A stretch of DNA of 64,000 bases, taken from Bacteroidetes bacterium RIFCSPLOWO2_12_FULL_37_12 (GTDB taxonomy: Bacteria > Bacteroidota > Bacteroidia > 2-12-FULL-37-12). Below are positions 10,398 through 18,684 of this stretch, one piece after another. Position numbers and translations under genes: made by a program. How positions within the stretch are numbered: the first letter of the stretch is position 1; every line of letters starts with the position of its first letter. The notes beneath the pieces were generated by a model, which did not search any database, was not told the DNA's origin, and was given only the letters and a program-made list of their open reading frames with translations. The stretch spans positions 77,572 through 141,571 of the forward strand of contig MEPC01000024.1 in NCBI GenBank assembly GCA_001769655.1, read 5' to 3'.

Positions 10398-10913
10398 ATG
10401 TCTTCCATTAATTTTTCTACTCATAAAATTGATTTTCTGGGGAAAAATGTATTTATAGCCGCAACTGCCAGCGTTTTCGGCAAGGTCAGTATCGGTGACC
10501 GCTCTTCTGTATGGTTTGGAGCTGTAATCCGTGGTGACACCGATGCAATTTCAATCGGAGAAGAAACCAATATACAAGACCTTTGTATTCTGCATGTTGA
10601 TAAAGGGGTACCCTTAAAAGTTGGCAACCGTGTTACTGTGGGTCATGCCGCAATTTTACACGGCGCTACCATTGGAAACGATTGTCTGATAGGGATTAGA
10701 GCGACTGTACTAAACAGAGCGGTCATTGGAAATAATTGTTTGATAGGGGCACATTCGTTGGTAACGGAAGGCATGATTATACCGGATAATTCCCTCGTGC
10801 TGGGATCGCCCGCAAAAATTATAAAATCACTTACTACCGAACAACTGGAACGTATTAAAAAAAATGCACAGAATTATGTAGCTTTGTCGGCAGTTTATCT
10901 TTCTGCCCCTTAA
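10398..10913 (+). CDS. Gamma carbonic anhydrase family protein
   Basis: Hexapeptide repeats; WFGAVIRGD, TNIQD, LH, VTVGHAAILHG metal-ligand pattern. Confidence 0.92.
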   Translation: MSSINFSTHKIDFLGKNVFIAATASVFGKVSIGDRSSVWFGAVIRGDTDAISIGEETNIQDLCILHVDKGVPLKVGNRVTVGHAAILHGATIGNDCLIGIRATVLNRAVIGNNCLIGAHSLVTEGMIIPDNSLVLGSPAKIIKSLTTEQLERIKKNAQNYVALSAVYLSAP

Positions 10914-10953
10914 ATTTTTCTATTTTCTATTTTTTATCTTCTATCTTCTACCC

Positions 10954-13068
10954 ATGAATCTATCTCTCTTCCCGTTTTTCCGGTTTACGTTCTTATTAAT
11001 TACCGGTTTTCTATTAGCCCCTGTATTTGAACTAAAAATAAATTTTATTTTTTGGCTGTGGGGAATTCTATCAGCATCGTATTTATTTCTAAGTATTTTT
11101 TGGAAAAAAATAAAAATTCCCCGTCTCTTTACCATAAAAAAAATACTATTGGTTTTCATTATAATATCCGGAGGTATTATCCTGAAAATAGAAACAAACC
11201 CATTAAGAGATGAAAATCATATCAGTAAACAAATTCCAGAAAAAAAATGGAAAAAAGAGGATTTCAGGTACATAGCTGTGGTAAGCACGTTCCCCAATGA
11301 GAAAAATAAAAACTTTAAAACTGAACTTGAGGTGGAATTCATTTATAAAGAAAAAAAATGGAAGCCCGCTACCGGAAAAATTTTTACCACCTTTAAAAAG
11401 GACTCTCTGAATAAAATTATCCCGGAATACGGAGACCGTTTGGTCGTTGATGGATTTCCTGAAAAAATTATTTCAACAGGAAATCCAGGTCAATTTGATC
11501 CCTTTGCTTATTTCTCAACTCATGGAATTTTTCACAAACAAAAAATAAAAACATGGAAGGTCATTGAGCATAATTACAAAACAAACCCGCTTTATGCTCT
11601 TTCACAGAAATGCAGACTGTTATTGAGTAAGCAGTTGACACAATATATAGAGGATATTCGTTCCCGTTCGGTTGCCATTTCTGTTTTGCTCGGAGATAAA
11701 ACACAATTGGATAATGCGCTTATGCAAGCATATTCACATACCGGAGCCATGCATGTGCTCGCTGTTTCCGGATTGCATGTAGCCATTTTATTTATCATCC
11801 TTCAACATCTGACTTCATTTTTATTGCGATTAAAAAACGGAAATCATTTACAAACCGGTGTCATTTTTTTATTGCTGTTGTTTTATGCTTTTCTTACAGG
11901 TCTTTCTCCCTCCGTTTTGCGTTCTGTATTCATGTTTTCACTTATTCTGGTATCAAAAACATTTCAGCGGCAATCGAATATTCTGAATACCTTATTTTCT
12001 TCCGCATTTTTTCTTCTCTTGTATAATCCAATGTTTATGTATGACGTAGGATTTCAGCTTTCTTATACTGCTGTCATATCAATTGTCATTTTTCAAAAGC
12101 CCATTCACGGATTAGTTCATACTAAAAATAAAATAATTGAATTTGTATGGAATATCACCAGCGTGTCGCTTGCCGCACAGGTTTTTACTTTACCCATTAC
12201 GCTCGGTTGTTTCGGACAATATCCGGTGTATTCCCTGTTATCAAATCTGCTGGTAATTCCATTATCTACTTTTATACTTTATGGAGGAACCGCATTATTT
12301 ACTGTCTCCTTTATTCCATGGCTGGCTAAAACAGTTGGTTTTATTTTAAATATCCTGCTACTGATAATGAACAATGGCATTCTTTGGATAGAAAAATTAC
12401 CGTTTGCTTCGCTACAGGTTCCAATGTTTGACTATGTCAAAGTAGGATGTCTGTATGCCATTATATTTTCATTAATGTTGTTTGGAAGAACGAGAATTTT
12501 GATTTTCTTTGCCGTTTTTGTCTTTTTTTCGGGGTTTATCATTTTCAATGTTAAAAAAGAAGATGTGCATTTAAAAAATCGTAGGGAATTAATTGTATAT
12601 AACGTCAGGTCCAAATTTCTTATGGAAATCAACAAAGGGTATGGGAGTGAAATTTATGCTGATGCACCTGAAAGTGACAGTATTTTGCAGAATGTTTATC
12701 TAAAGCCATCATTTAATAACCGGGGAGTAAAAACACACCGTTGGCATAATTTAACCTACAGCGATACCTCAGCCATTCAATTTTTTGCCTTGGGTGGAAA
12801 AAAAATTGCCCTTGTAAAAAATGACACTTGCTTACCAAATCCAGATACGTTGCCTGTAAAAATTGATTTTTTGATAATTAAGAACAAGTTGATTTCTAAA
12901 CCAATTCTTAAAAAACTGTTACTTCTTTTCAAACCGGAATATTTAGTGACTGTAGGACTTAAAAATTCATACTTGACAAAATGGCTACAGATGCAATGTG
13001 ACAGACAAAAAACAAAGCGTTATGATTTAAACCAATCGGGAACTTTTCGTTTTGTGGTGGAAGAATGA
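10954..13068 (+). CDS. comEC: ComEC/Rec2-family competence protein
   Basis: NPGQFD, TGAMHVLAVSGLHV, SPSVLRS, DVGFQLSY motifs. Confidence 0.92.
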   Translation: MNLSLFPFFRFTFLLITGFLLAPVFELKINFIFWLWGILSASYLFLSIFWKKIKIPRLFTIKKILLVFIIISGGIILKIETNPLRDENHISKQIPEKKWKKEDFRYIAVVSTFPNEKNKNFKTELEVEFIYKEKKWKPATGKIFTTFKKDSLNKIIPEYGDRLVVDGFPEKIISTGNPGQFDPFAYFSTHGIFHKQKIKTWKVIEHNYKTNPLYALSQKCRLLLSKQLTQYIEDIRSRSVAISVLLGDKTQLDNALMQAYSHTGAMHVLAVSGLHVAILFIILQHLTSFLLRLKNGNHLQTGVIFLLLLFYAFLTGLSPSVLRSVFMFSLILVSKTFQRQSNILNTLFSSAFFLLLYNPMFMYDVGFQLSYTAVISIVIFQKPIHGLVHTKNKIIEFVWNITSVSLAAQVFTLPITLGCFGQYPVYSLLSNLLVIPLSTFILYGGTALFTVSFIPWLAKTVGFILNILLLIMNNGILWIEKLPFASLQVPMFDYVKVGCLYAIIFSLMLFGRTRILIFFAVFVFFSGFIIFNVKKEDVHLKNRRELIVYNVRSKFLMEINKGYGSEIYADAPESDSILQNVYLKPSFNNRGVKTHRWHNLTYSDTSAIQFFALGGKKIALVKNDTCLPNPDTLPVKIDFLIIKNKLISKPILKKLLLLFKPEYLVTVGLKNSYLTKWLQMQCDRQKTKRYDLNQSGTFRFVVEE

Positions 13069-13120
13069 TTATTTTTATGTTCCTTTGTCGGTGACTCGAC
13101 TTATTATTTTATTTAAATCA

Positions 13121-13855
13121 ATGCCACATTTCCGTTTTCCGTTTTTTTATAAAAAACTTTTCGGTTTAAAAATAATACGTTGGATTGTCCGGATTTTTGT
13201 CTGGTTTATTTGCCTATCCTTTTTCTGGGTTCTTCTCTATAAATGGATGAATCCTCCCTTTACATACCTGATGTTTGAACGGAAAATGTCAGCCATTTTT
13301 TCAGGCAAGAAAAGCAGTGAGATACATTACGAATGGGTGTCACTTAAAAATGTATCCAAAAATTTACCCCTTGCCGTAATTGCCTCTGAAGACCAGAATT
13401 TTTCATCCCATTGGGGCTTTGACATGGATGCCATTAAAAAAGCCGTTAAGCATAATAAAAGACATAAACGAAAAAGAGGCGCCAGCACCATTTCCCAGCA
13501 GGTAGCCAAAAATGCTTTTTTATGGAGTGGCAGAAGTTATTTACGTAAGGGCTTGGAAGTTTATTTTACTGTTCTGATAGAATTGCTATGGAGTAAAAAG
13601 AGAATTGTGGAAGTATACATCAATATTGCTGAGATGGGCGACAGAGTGTTTGGTGCAAAATGCACTGCCGAACATTATTTTAAGACCTCACCCGTGAAAC
13701 TGAATATGTATCAATGTGCCTTAATAGCATCCGTTTTACCAAATCCAAGAAAATACAAAATCAATAACCCGGGAAATTTTATATTGAAAAGACAACGATG
13801 GATTTTAAGGCAGATGCGGCAGATGGGAGGAGTGGGTTATTTAAAGGAATTGTAG
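13121..13855 (+). CDS. mtgA: Monofunctional peptidoglycan transglycosylase
   Basis: ASEDQNF, HWGFD, RGASTISQQVAKNAFLW, RKGLE, LPNP; start chosen at MPHFRF (ORF track starts at 13052). Confidence 0.93.
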   Translation: MPHFRFPFFYKKLFGLKIIRWIVRIFVWFICLSFFWVLLYKWMNPPFTYLMFERKMSAIFSGKKSSEIHYEWVSLKNVSKNLPLAVIASEDQNFSSHWGFDMDAIKKAVKHNKRHKRKRGASTISQQVAKNAFLWSGRSYLRKGLEVYFTVLIELLWSKKRIVEVYINIAEMGDRVFGAKCTAEHYFKTSPVKLNMYQCALIASVLPNPRKYKINNPGNFILKRQRWILRQMRQMGGVGYLKEL

Positions 13856-13879
13856 AGACACGGTGCACCGTGTCTCTGC
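13852..13879. repeat. GTAG-type REP-like palindrome
   Basis: gtagagacacggtgcaccgtgtctctgc; near-identical copy at 56848-56875. Confidence 0.85.
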
Positions 13880-13971
13880 ATAACGTTATACCTTTATACC
13901 CTATACCTTTATACCCTTATACCTTTTTAGTTGAAAATATTTCGTAATTTTGTAGAAAAAATTGAAGCACT

Positions 13972-14394
13972 ATGGCAAATTATCCTGAATTTATGGTAGC
14001 ACCAATCCGGCAGGATTTGGTGAATGTTGGCTTTGAACAACTTCTCACGCCCGACGAGGTTGACAAAACCATTCGTAACACAAAAGGCACTGTATTAATG
14101 TGCGTTAATTCCGTTTGCGGTTGTGCCGCAGGCAAGGCAAGACCCGCATTAAAACTGGCAATACAACATGCAAAAAAACCAACTAAATTAGTAACGGTTT
14201 TTGCAGGTATGGAGCAAGATGCAACCGCCAAAGCCAGAGAATTTATGACGCCTTATCCTCCCTCCTCTCCCAGTATTGCATTATTCAAAGAAGGGAAATT
14301 AGTTCATTTAATTGAACGACATCAGATAGAATCAGCGGAAGTGCAGATGATTGTGGATAATCTGGTGGGAGCGTTTGACGAGCATTGTGGGTGA
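13972..14394 (+). CDS. BrxA/BrxB-family bacilliredoxin
   Basis: NSVCGCAAGKARP, VTVFAG, PPSSPSIALFK motifs. Confidence 0.93.
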   Translation: MANYPEFMVAPIRQDLVNVGFEQLLTPDEVDKTIRNTKGTVLMCVNSVCGCAAGKARPALKLAIQHAKKPTKLVTVFAGMEQDATAKAREFMTPYPPSSPSIALFKEGKLVHLIERHQIESAEVQMIVDNLVGAFDEHCG

Positions 14395-14400
14395 GGAATC

Positions 14401-16230
14401 CTAATTCCCCCCTTTCTCCACCCACTCACCTACCCACTGCTCCGAAATAGTCAGTGGCACTGCGCCGGAAGACAAAAACCGATCGTGAAATTTGCGAATG
14501 TCAAATTTCGTCCCCAATTTATGCTTTGCATATTCGCGTAATTCCAGAATTTTTAACATCCCTATCATATACGCACATGCCTGTCCCGGATTCACAATAT
14601 AACGTTCTATGGCTTTAGTGCAGATCCCTTCGGTAGAGGGAGTATTCTCCAATAAATAATCAATGGCTTTTTTGCGGGTCCATTTTTTACGATGGATACC
14701 TGTATCAACCACTAACCGGCACGCCCTCCAGAGTTTCATGGATAACCTGCCAAAATCAGAATAAGGGTCTTTATAAAATCCGTATTCTTTCGGAAAATGT
14801 TCGCAATACAAACCCCATCCTTCAATGTATGCGGAGTAAGAGGAATGTTTGCGGAATTCGGGAAGACCTACCATCTCTTGTGCCAGCGACAGTTGCGTAT
14901 GATGACCCGGTATCCCCTCGTGATAGGAAAGCGCTTCATTTTCATAAGAAGGTAAATCATTCATCCGGTATGTGTTTATTCTGAAAATACCCGGACGGCT
15001 TCCGTTAGTGGCGCCTTCTTCGTAATATGCCTCAGATACCGATGCTTCTTTAAATGCTTCCACCGGTTTTACTTCCAGATCCGCTTTTGGTTTTAAAATA
15101 AAAAATTCATCCAAACGCATTTTCATATTATTAATTATAGATGTGAAATCGTTAATGATGGATTCTTTTCCCTGTTCATTCTGATCATAATAAAACTGTT
15201 TATCGGTTCGTAAAAAATTGAAAAAGGAGGTTAAATCACCTTCCCATCCTACCCGTTTCATGATTTCTTTCATCTCTGAATGAATTGTTGCAACTTCTTT
15301 TAATCCCAATTCGTGAATTTCATCGGCTGTCATTTTTACAGTTGTATGGTCCTCAAGAATCGCATTATAAAAATTATTTCCATCGGGAAATTTCCAAACG
15401 CCATCATCAGTAGTACTCTTTTTTTCCAATTCTTTAAGACAACCCAATAATTTACGATATGCCGGTTTTACTGAATGTTCAATGGCTCTGACAACCTCTT
15501 TTAACAAATTGGTTTTCATTTCCGGTGAAATTTTTATGGAATCAATTTTTGAAATGAAATCCTGATAGAAAATATGCTCGCCGGTTTTTCCAGTTAAAAG
15601 ATTTTCACAATCGGAATAAAGGTAAGAAAAAACAAATTTTGGTGGAATGATTCCCTCCTTTGCACGGACTTCAATATTTTCTATCAACCTATTGAATTTA
15701 TCAGTGGCACCTTTTAAACGCTGAATATAAGCCAGTGCATCAGTGACACTGTCAATAGCGTGAACTGATAACATCAATGTAGGAAAATTACTATGAAAAC
15801 CATCATACTGGCTTATCGGATAATTATAATGCCGGTATTTGTACATGTGTATAGAATGTTGCCTGCTTTCACGAAAAAGTTGGTAACTTAATAAATCAGT
15901 TGGGTTTAAAAGCGTAGTGTCAAACAGGGCAAGCGTATCCAGTTCTAATTTACTATTTTTCATTTCTTTTTCCAGAAAATCATCCGAAATATCATCCAAT
16001 TGATCGTTTTTCATTTTCAAACCAAGAAAGGAAGCAAACTCAGGATAACGCTCTACATAGTTATCCCAACAACGCTGAAAAAAGGAATTGAGTTTTTGTG
16101 ATTCGGCTTGTGCAGGATTTTCAGATTGCAGTCCTTCTTTCACAGATGATTTATTTTCCGGATTTTTATTTTCGCAGGAAATAAATAAACTGGAAAGGAT
16201 GAGGATAGTTATGAGATTTTTTATATACAT
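14401..16230 (-). CDS. DUF885-family lipoprotein
   Basis: Lipobox FISC; HEGIPGHHTQ, AYIEGWGLY, WRACRLVVDTGIH, PGQACAY, FDIRKFHD. Confidence 0.92.
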   Translation of the reverse strand: MYIKNLITILILSSLFISCENKNPENKSSVKEGLQSENPAQAESQKLNSFFQRCWDNYVERYPEFASFLGLKMKNDQLDDISDDFLEKEMKNSKLELDTLALFDTTLLNPTDLLSYQLFRESRQHSIHMYKYRHYNYPISQYDGFHSNFPTLMLSVHAIDSVTDALAYIQRLKGATDKFNRLIENIEVRAKEGIIPPKFVFSYLYSDCENLLTGKTGEHIFYQDFISKIDSIKISPEMKTNLLKEVVRAIEHSVKPAYRKLLGCLKELEKKSTTDDGVWKFPDGNNFYNAILEDHTTVKMTADEIHELGLKEVATIHSEMKEIMKRVGWEGDLTSFFNFLRTDKQFYYDQNEQGKESIINDFTSIINNMKMRLDEFFILKPKADLEVKPVEAFKEASVSEAYYEEGATNGSRPGIFRINTYRMNDLPSYENEALSYHEGIPGHHTQLSLAQEMVGLPEFRKHSSYSAYIEGWGLYCEHFPKEYGFYKDPYSDFGRLSMKLWRACRLVVDTGIHRKKWTRKKAIDYLLENTPSTEGICTKAIERYIVNPGQACAYMIGMLKILELREYAKHKLGTKFDIRKFHDRFLSSGAVPLTISEQWVGEWVEKGGN

Positions 16231-16242
16231 AAAATAATATTG

Positions 16243-16322
16243 AATAATGAACAAGGAATAATGAATTTCGAAGTAACCATAACTTCAACATTCATTATTC
16301 CTTGTTCGATATTCATTATTTC
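16243..16322. repeat. Inverted heptamer-repeat hairpin (AATAATG/CATTATT type)
   Basis: aataatgaacaaggaataatgaat ... attcattattccttgttcgatattcattatt. Confidence 0.7.
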
Positions 16323-16346
16323 TTTTTGGTTCCGTCTTCCGGCTTT

Positions 16347-17243
16347 CTAAAACTTCAAGCAATTTCCATTTCTTGTTACCTCAAGCGAAACATTTCTGCC
16401 AAAAATTAACGGATGATTTACTTCTTCATGTCCGGCAGGAAATCCGAATGTCACCGGATAATTATATTCAGAGACGGTTTCTAAAATTATTTGATATGCA
16501 TTCTTTCCGAACGGAACAGGATTGTCGTGCATTTGTGACATGTAACCAACAATCAGCGCAGCTAAAGAATCTAATTTCCCGCTTCTTTTTAAATGAATCA
16601 TCATCCGGTCTATGTGGTAATAATATTCGTCAAGGTCTTCTATAAAAAGAATTTTGCCGGCTGTTTTAAAATCAGTAGAAGTACCCAGGAGATTATGTAA
16701 AATGCTCAGATTTCCACCAATCAATTCTCCCTTACATTCTCCTGTTTTATCTAAAGCGTGTGCGGGAAAATTATAGTGAATGTTTTCTCCCATCAAGACA
16801 TTCATTATATATTCAGTTGATTCTGATGATAATCCTTTATAAAAGTATATAGCCATGGGACCGTGAATACATTCTACCTGATGATTTAATGATTGAATTA
16901 AATGCACCGTTACATCGCTGAACCCCAACAACCATTTTGGTGATTTTTTATAACCGGAAAAATCTATTTTATCGGCAATTCTCAAACTGCCATATCCACC
17001 TCTTGCAAAAAGGATAGCCCTGCAATTTGTGTCATCAAGCGCTTCTTGAAAATCTGAAAGACGTTGTTCATCATTTCCTGCATATTGGTGACAGGTTTCA
17101 TAAAGAAATTTTCCGCAAACAACGTTGAAGCCCCATTGAGTCAGTTTTTCAATGGCTGGTTCCATTTCGTCGGGCGTAACTCTTCTTGCGGTGGAGATGA
17201 TTTTAACTAAATCACCTTTTTTTAAAAAGGGCGGTGTGAGCAA
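16347..17243 (-). CDS. ldcA: LD-carboxypeptidase (peptidase S66)
   Basis: ARGGYGS, GFSDVT, HGPM, GGNL, LFIED, GH motifs; TTG start at 17243 supported by an adjacent TAAGTTTG box (ORF track extends to 17393). Confidence 0.9.
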   Translation of the reverse strand: MLTPPFLKKGDLVKIISTARRVTPDEMEPAIEKLTQWGFNVVCGKFLYETCHQYAGNDEQRLSDFQEALDDTNCRAILFARGGYGSLRIADKIDFSGYKKSPKWLLGFSDVTVHLIQSLNHQVECIHGPMAIYFYKGLSSESTEYIMNVLMGENIHYNFPAHALDKTGECKGELIGGNLSILHNLLGTSTDFKTAGKILFIEDLDEYYYHIDRMMIHLKRSGKLDSLAALIVGYMSQMHDNPVPFGKNAYQIILETVSEYNYPVTFGFPAGHEEVNHPLIFGRNVSLEVTRNGNCLKF

Positions 17244-17541
17244 GGGTGTATTGATAAGCAAACTTACATGAATTTTTTTGATTCTATAACATACTGCCAC
17301 TTTTTTGTTTTTCCCAAACCTGTTTAAGACCGGTATAATAGTATTGGAATTGTTCAGGAAAATCTCTCCAACTATCAGCAGGCTTTGGCTCATTACCTTA
17401 AATCATTAAGAATAATGGAATCGGGATAAGAGGATGGAGGGGGGAAAGTAGTATATTTGCGGAGTGCTTCTCTGTAGAAAGATCATGGTTACGAACATCG
17501 CGTCTGAAATGGTGCTTTCAGAAACTTTTATTGATTGATTC

Positions 17542-18654
17542 ATGAGCAACCTAAAAAAGAACTATTCCGAATTTGCACAAATTGCTTCATTGATTGATGA
17601 AGGAAGAAACAGGGCATTTCATAAAGTGAATGAAGAGTTGGTGTTGCTTTATTTTAAAGTCGGAAATATTATTTCAACGAAAGTTTCGGAGGGAGCATGG
17701 GGTGAAGGAACGGTTGACGAATTGGCGGGATACATTGAAACTTCATATCCGGGGTTAACGGGTTTCAACCGCAGGGGCTTGTATCGCATGAAGCAATTTT
17801 ATGAAACCTATACGGTAAACGAATTTGTGTCACCGATGGCGACACATTTACAAACTTATTTGAAAACCACCCCTGATAACTCAAAAGTGTCAACACTGCC
17901 GACACAATTGACGGATAACAACTATTTACATCATGAATTTGTGACAACAGTGTTGACACAAATTAACTGGACAAACCACCGTTTAATTCTTTCAAAAACA
18001 AAATCACCTGAAGAAAAATTTTATTATCTGCTAACTTCCATAAAAGAAAAGTATAGCACTCGTGAATTAGAAAGGGCATTAAATACAGCTCAATTTGAGA
18101 GGGTAATGCTTTCAAACCCAATTGTGTCCGCAGTGCGGACACAATTACCTCAAAACCTTTTCAAAGATCCCTATATTTTTGAATTCCTTGATTTACCGGA
18201 AGGACATTCCGAAAAAGATTTGGAAAAAGCGCTAATCAAAAACCTGCAAAAATTTATTCTGGAAGTTGGCAAAGGATTTACATACATGGGCAATCAATAC
18301 CGCCTGCAGGTTGGTAACAAAGATTATTTCACTGATTTGCTTTTTTATCACAGGGATTTACAATGCCTTGTTTTATTTGATTTGAAGATTCAGGAGTTTG
18401 AACCTGAGTTTTTGGGTAAGTTGAATTTCTACATGGAAGCGCTTGACCGTGATGTAAAACGCAAACACGAAAACCCAAGTGTGGGTGTTCTGCTTTGCAA
18501 AGGAAAAGACACGGAAGTAGTGGAATATGCAATGGCAAGAAATACATCGCCTGCCTTGATTGCTGATTACGAAACCAAATTGATTCCTAAAAAGGTGTTG
18601 GCGGACAAACTTCACCAACTGGGGGAGGAATTATCAAAAGAAGATATTGATTGA
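17542..18654 (+). CDS. yhcG: YhcG/DUF1016 PD-(D/E)XK nuclease-domain protein
   Basis: VNEELVLLYFKVG, GFNRRGLYRMKQFY, KDPYIFEFL, SEKDLE, GFTYMGNQ, DLLFYHRDLQCLV, GKLNFY, ENPSVGVLLC. Confidence 0.9.
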   Translation: MSNLKKNYSEFAQIASLIDEGRNRAFHKVNEELVLLYFKVGNIISTKVSEGAWGEGTVDELAGYIETSYPGLTGFNRRGLYRMKQFYETYTVNEFVSPMATHLQTYLKTTPDNSKVSTLPTQLTDNNYLHHEFVTTVLTQINWTNHRLILSKTKSPEEKFYYLLTSIKEKYSTRELERALNTAQFERVMLSNPIVSAVRTQLPQNLFKDPYIFEFLDLPEGHSEKDLEKALIKNLQKFILEVGKGFTYMGNQYRLQVGNKDYFTDLLFYHRDLQCLVLFDLKIQEFEPEFLGKLNFYMEALDRDVKRKHENPSVGVLLCKGKDTEVVEYAMARNTSPALIADYETKLIPKKVLADKLHQLGEELSKEDID

Positions 18655-18684
18655 TGGACAAAAAACAATTACAACATACAATCC

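Noticed and set aside
17244..17393. 50-aa N-terminal extension of LdcA in the ORF track
   Set aside because: Homology begins at LLTPPFL and a TAAGTTTG promoter box lies within the extension; similar over-long starts were trimmed for mtgA, pepT, hslV and the sugar dehydrogenase
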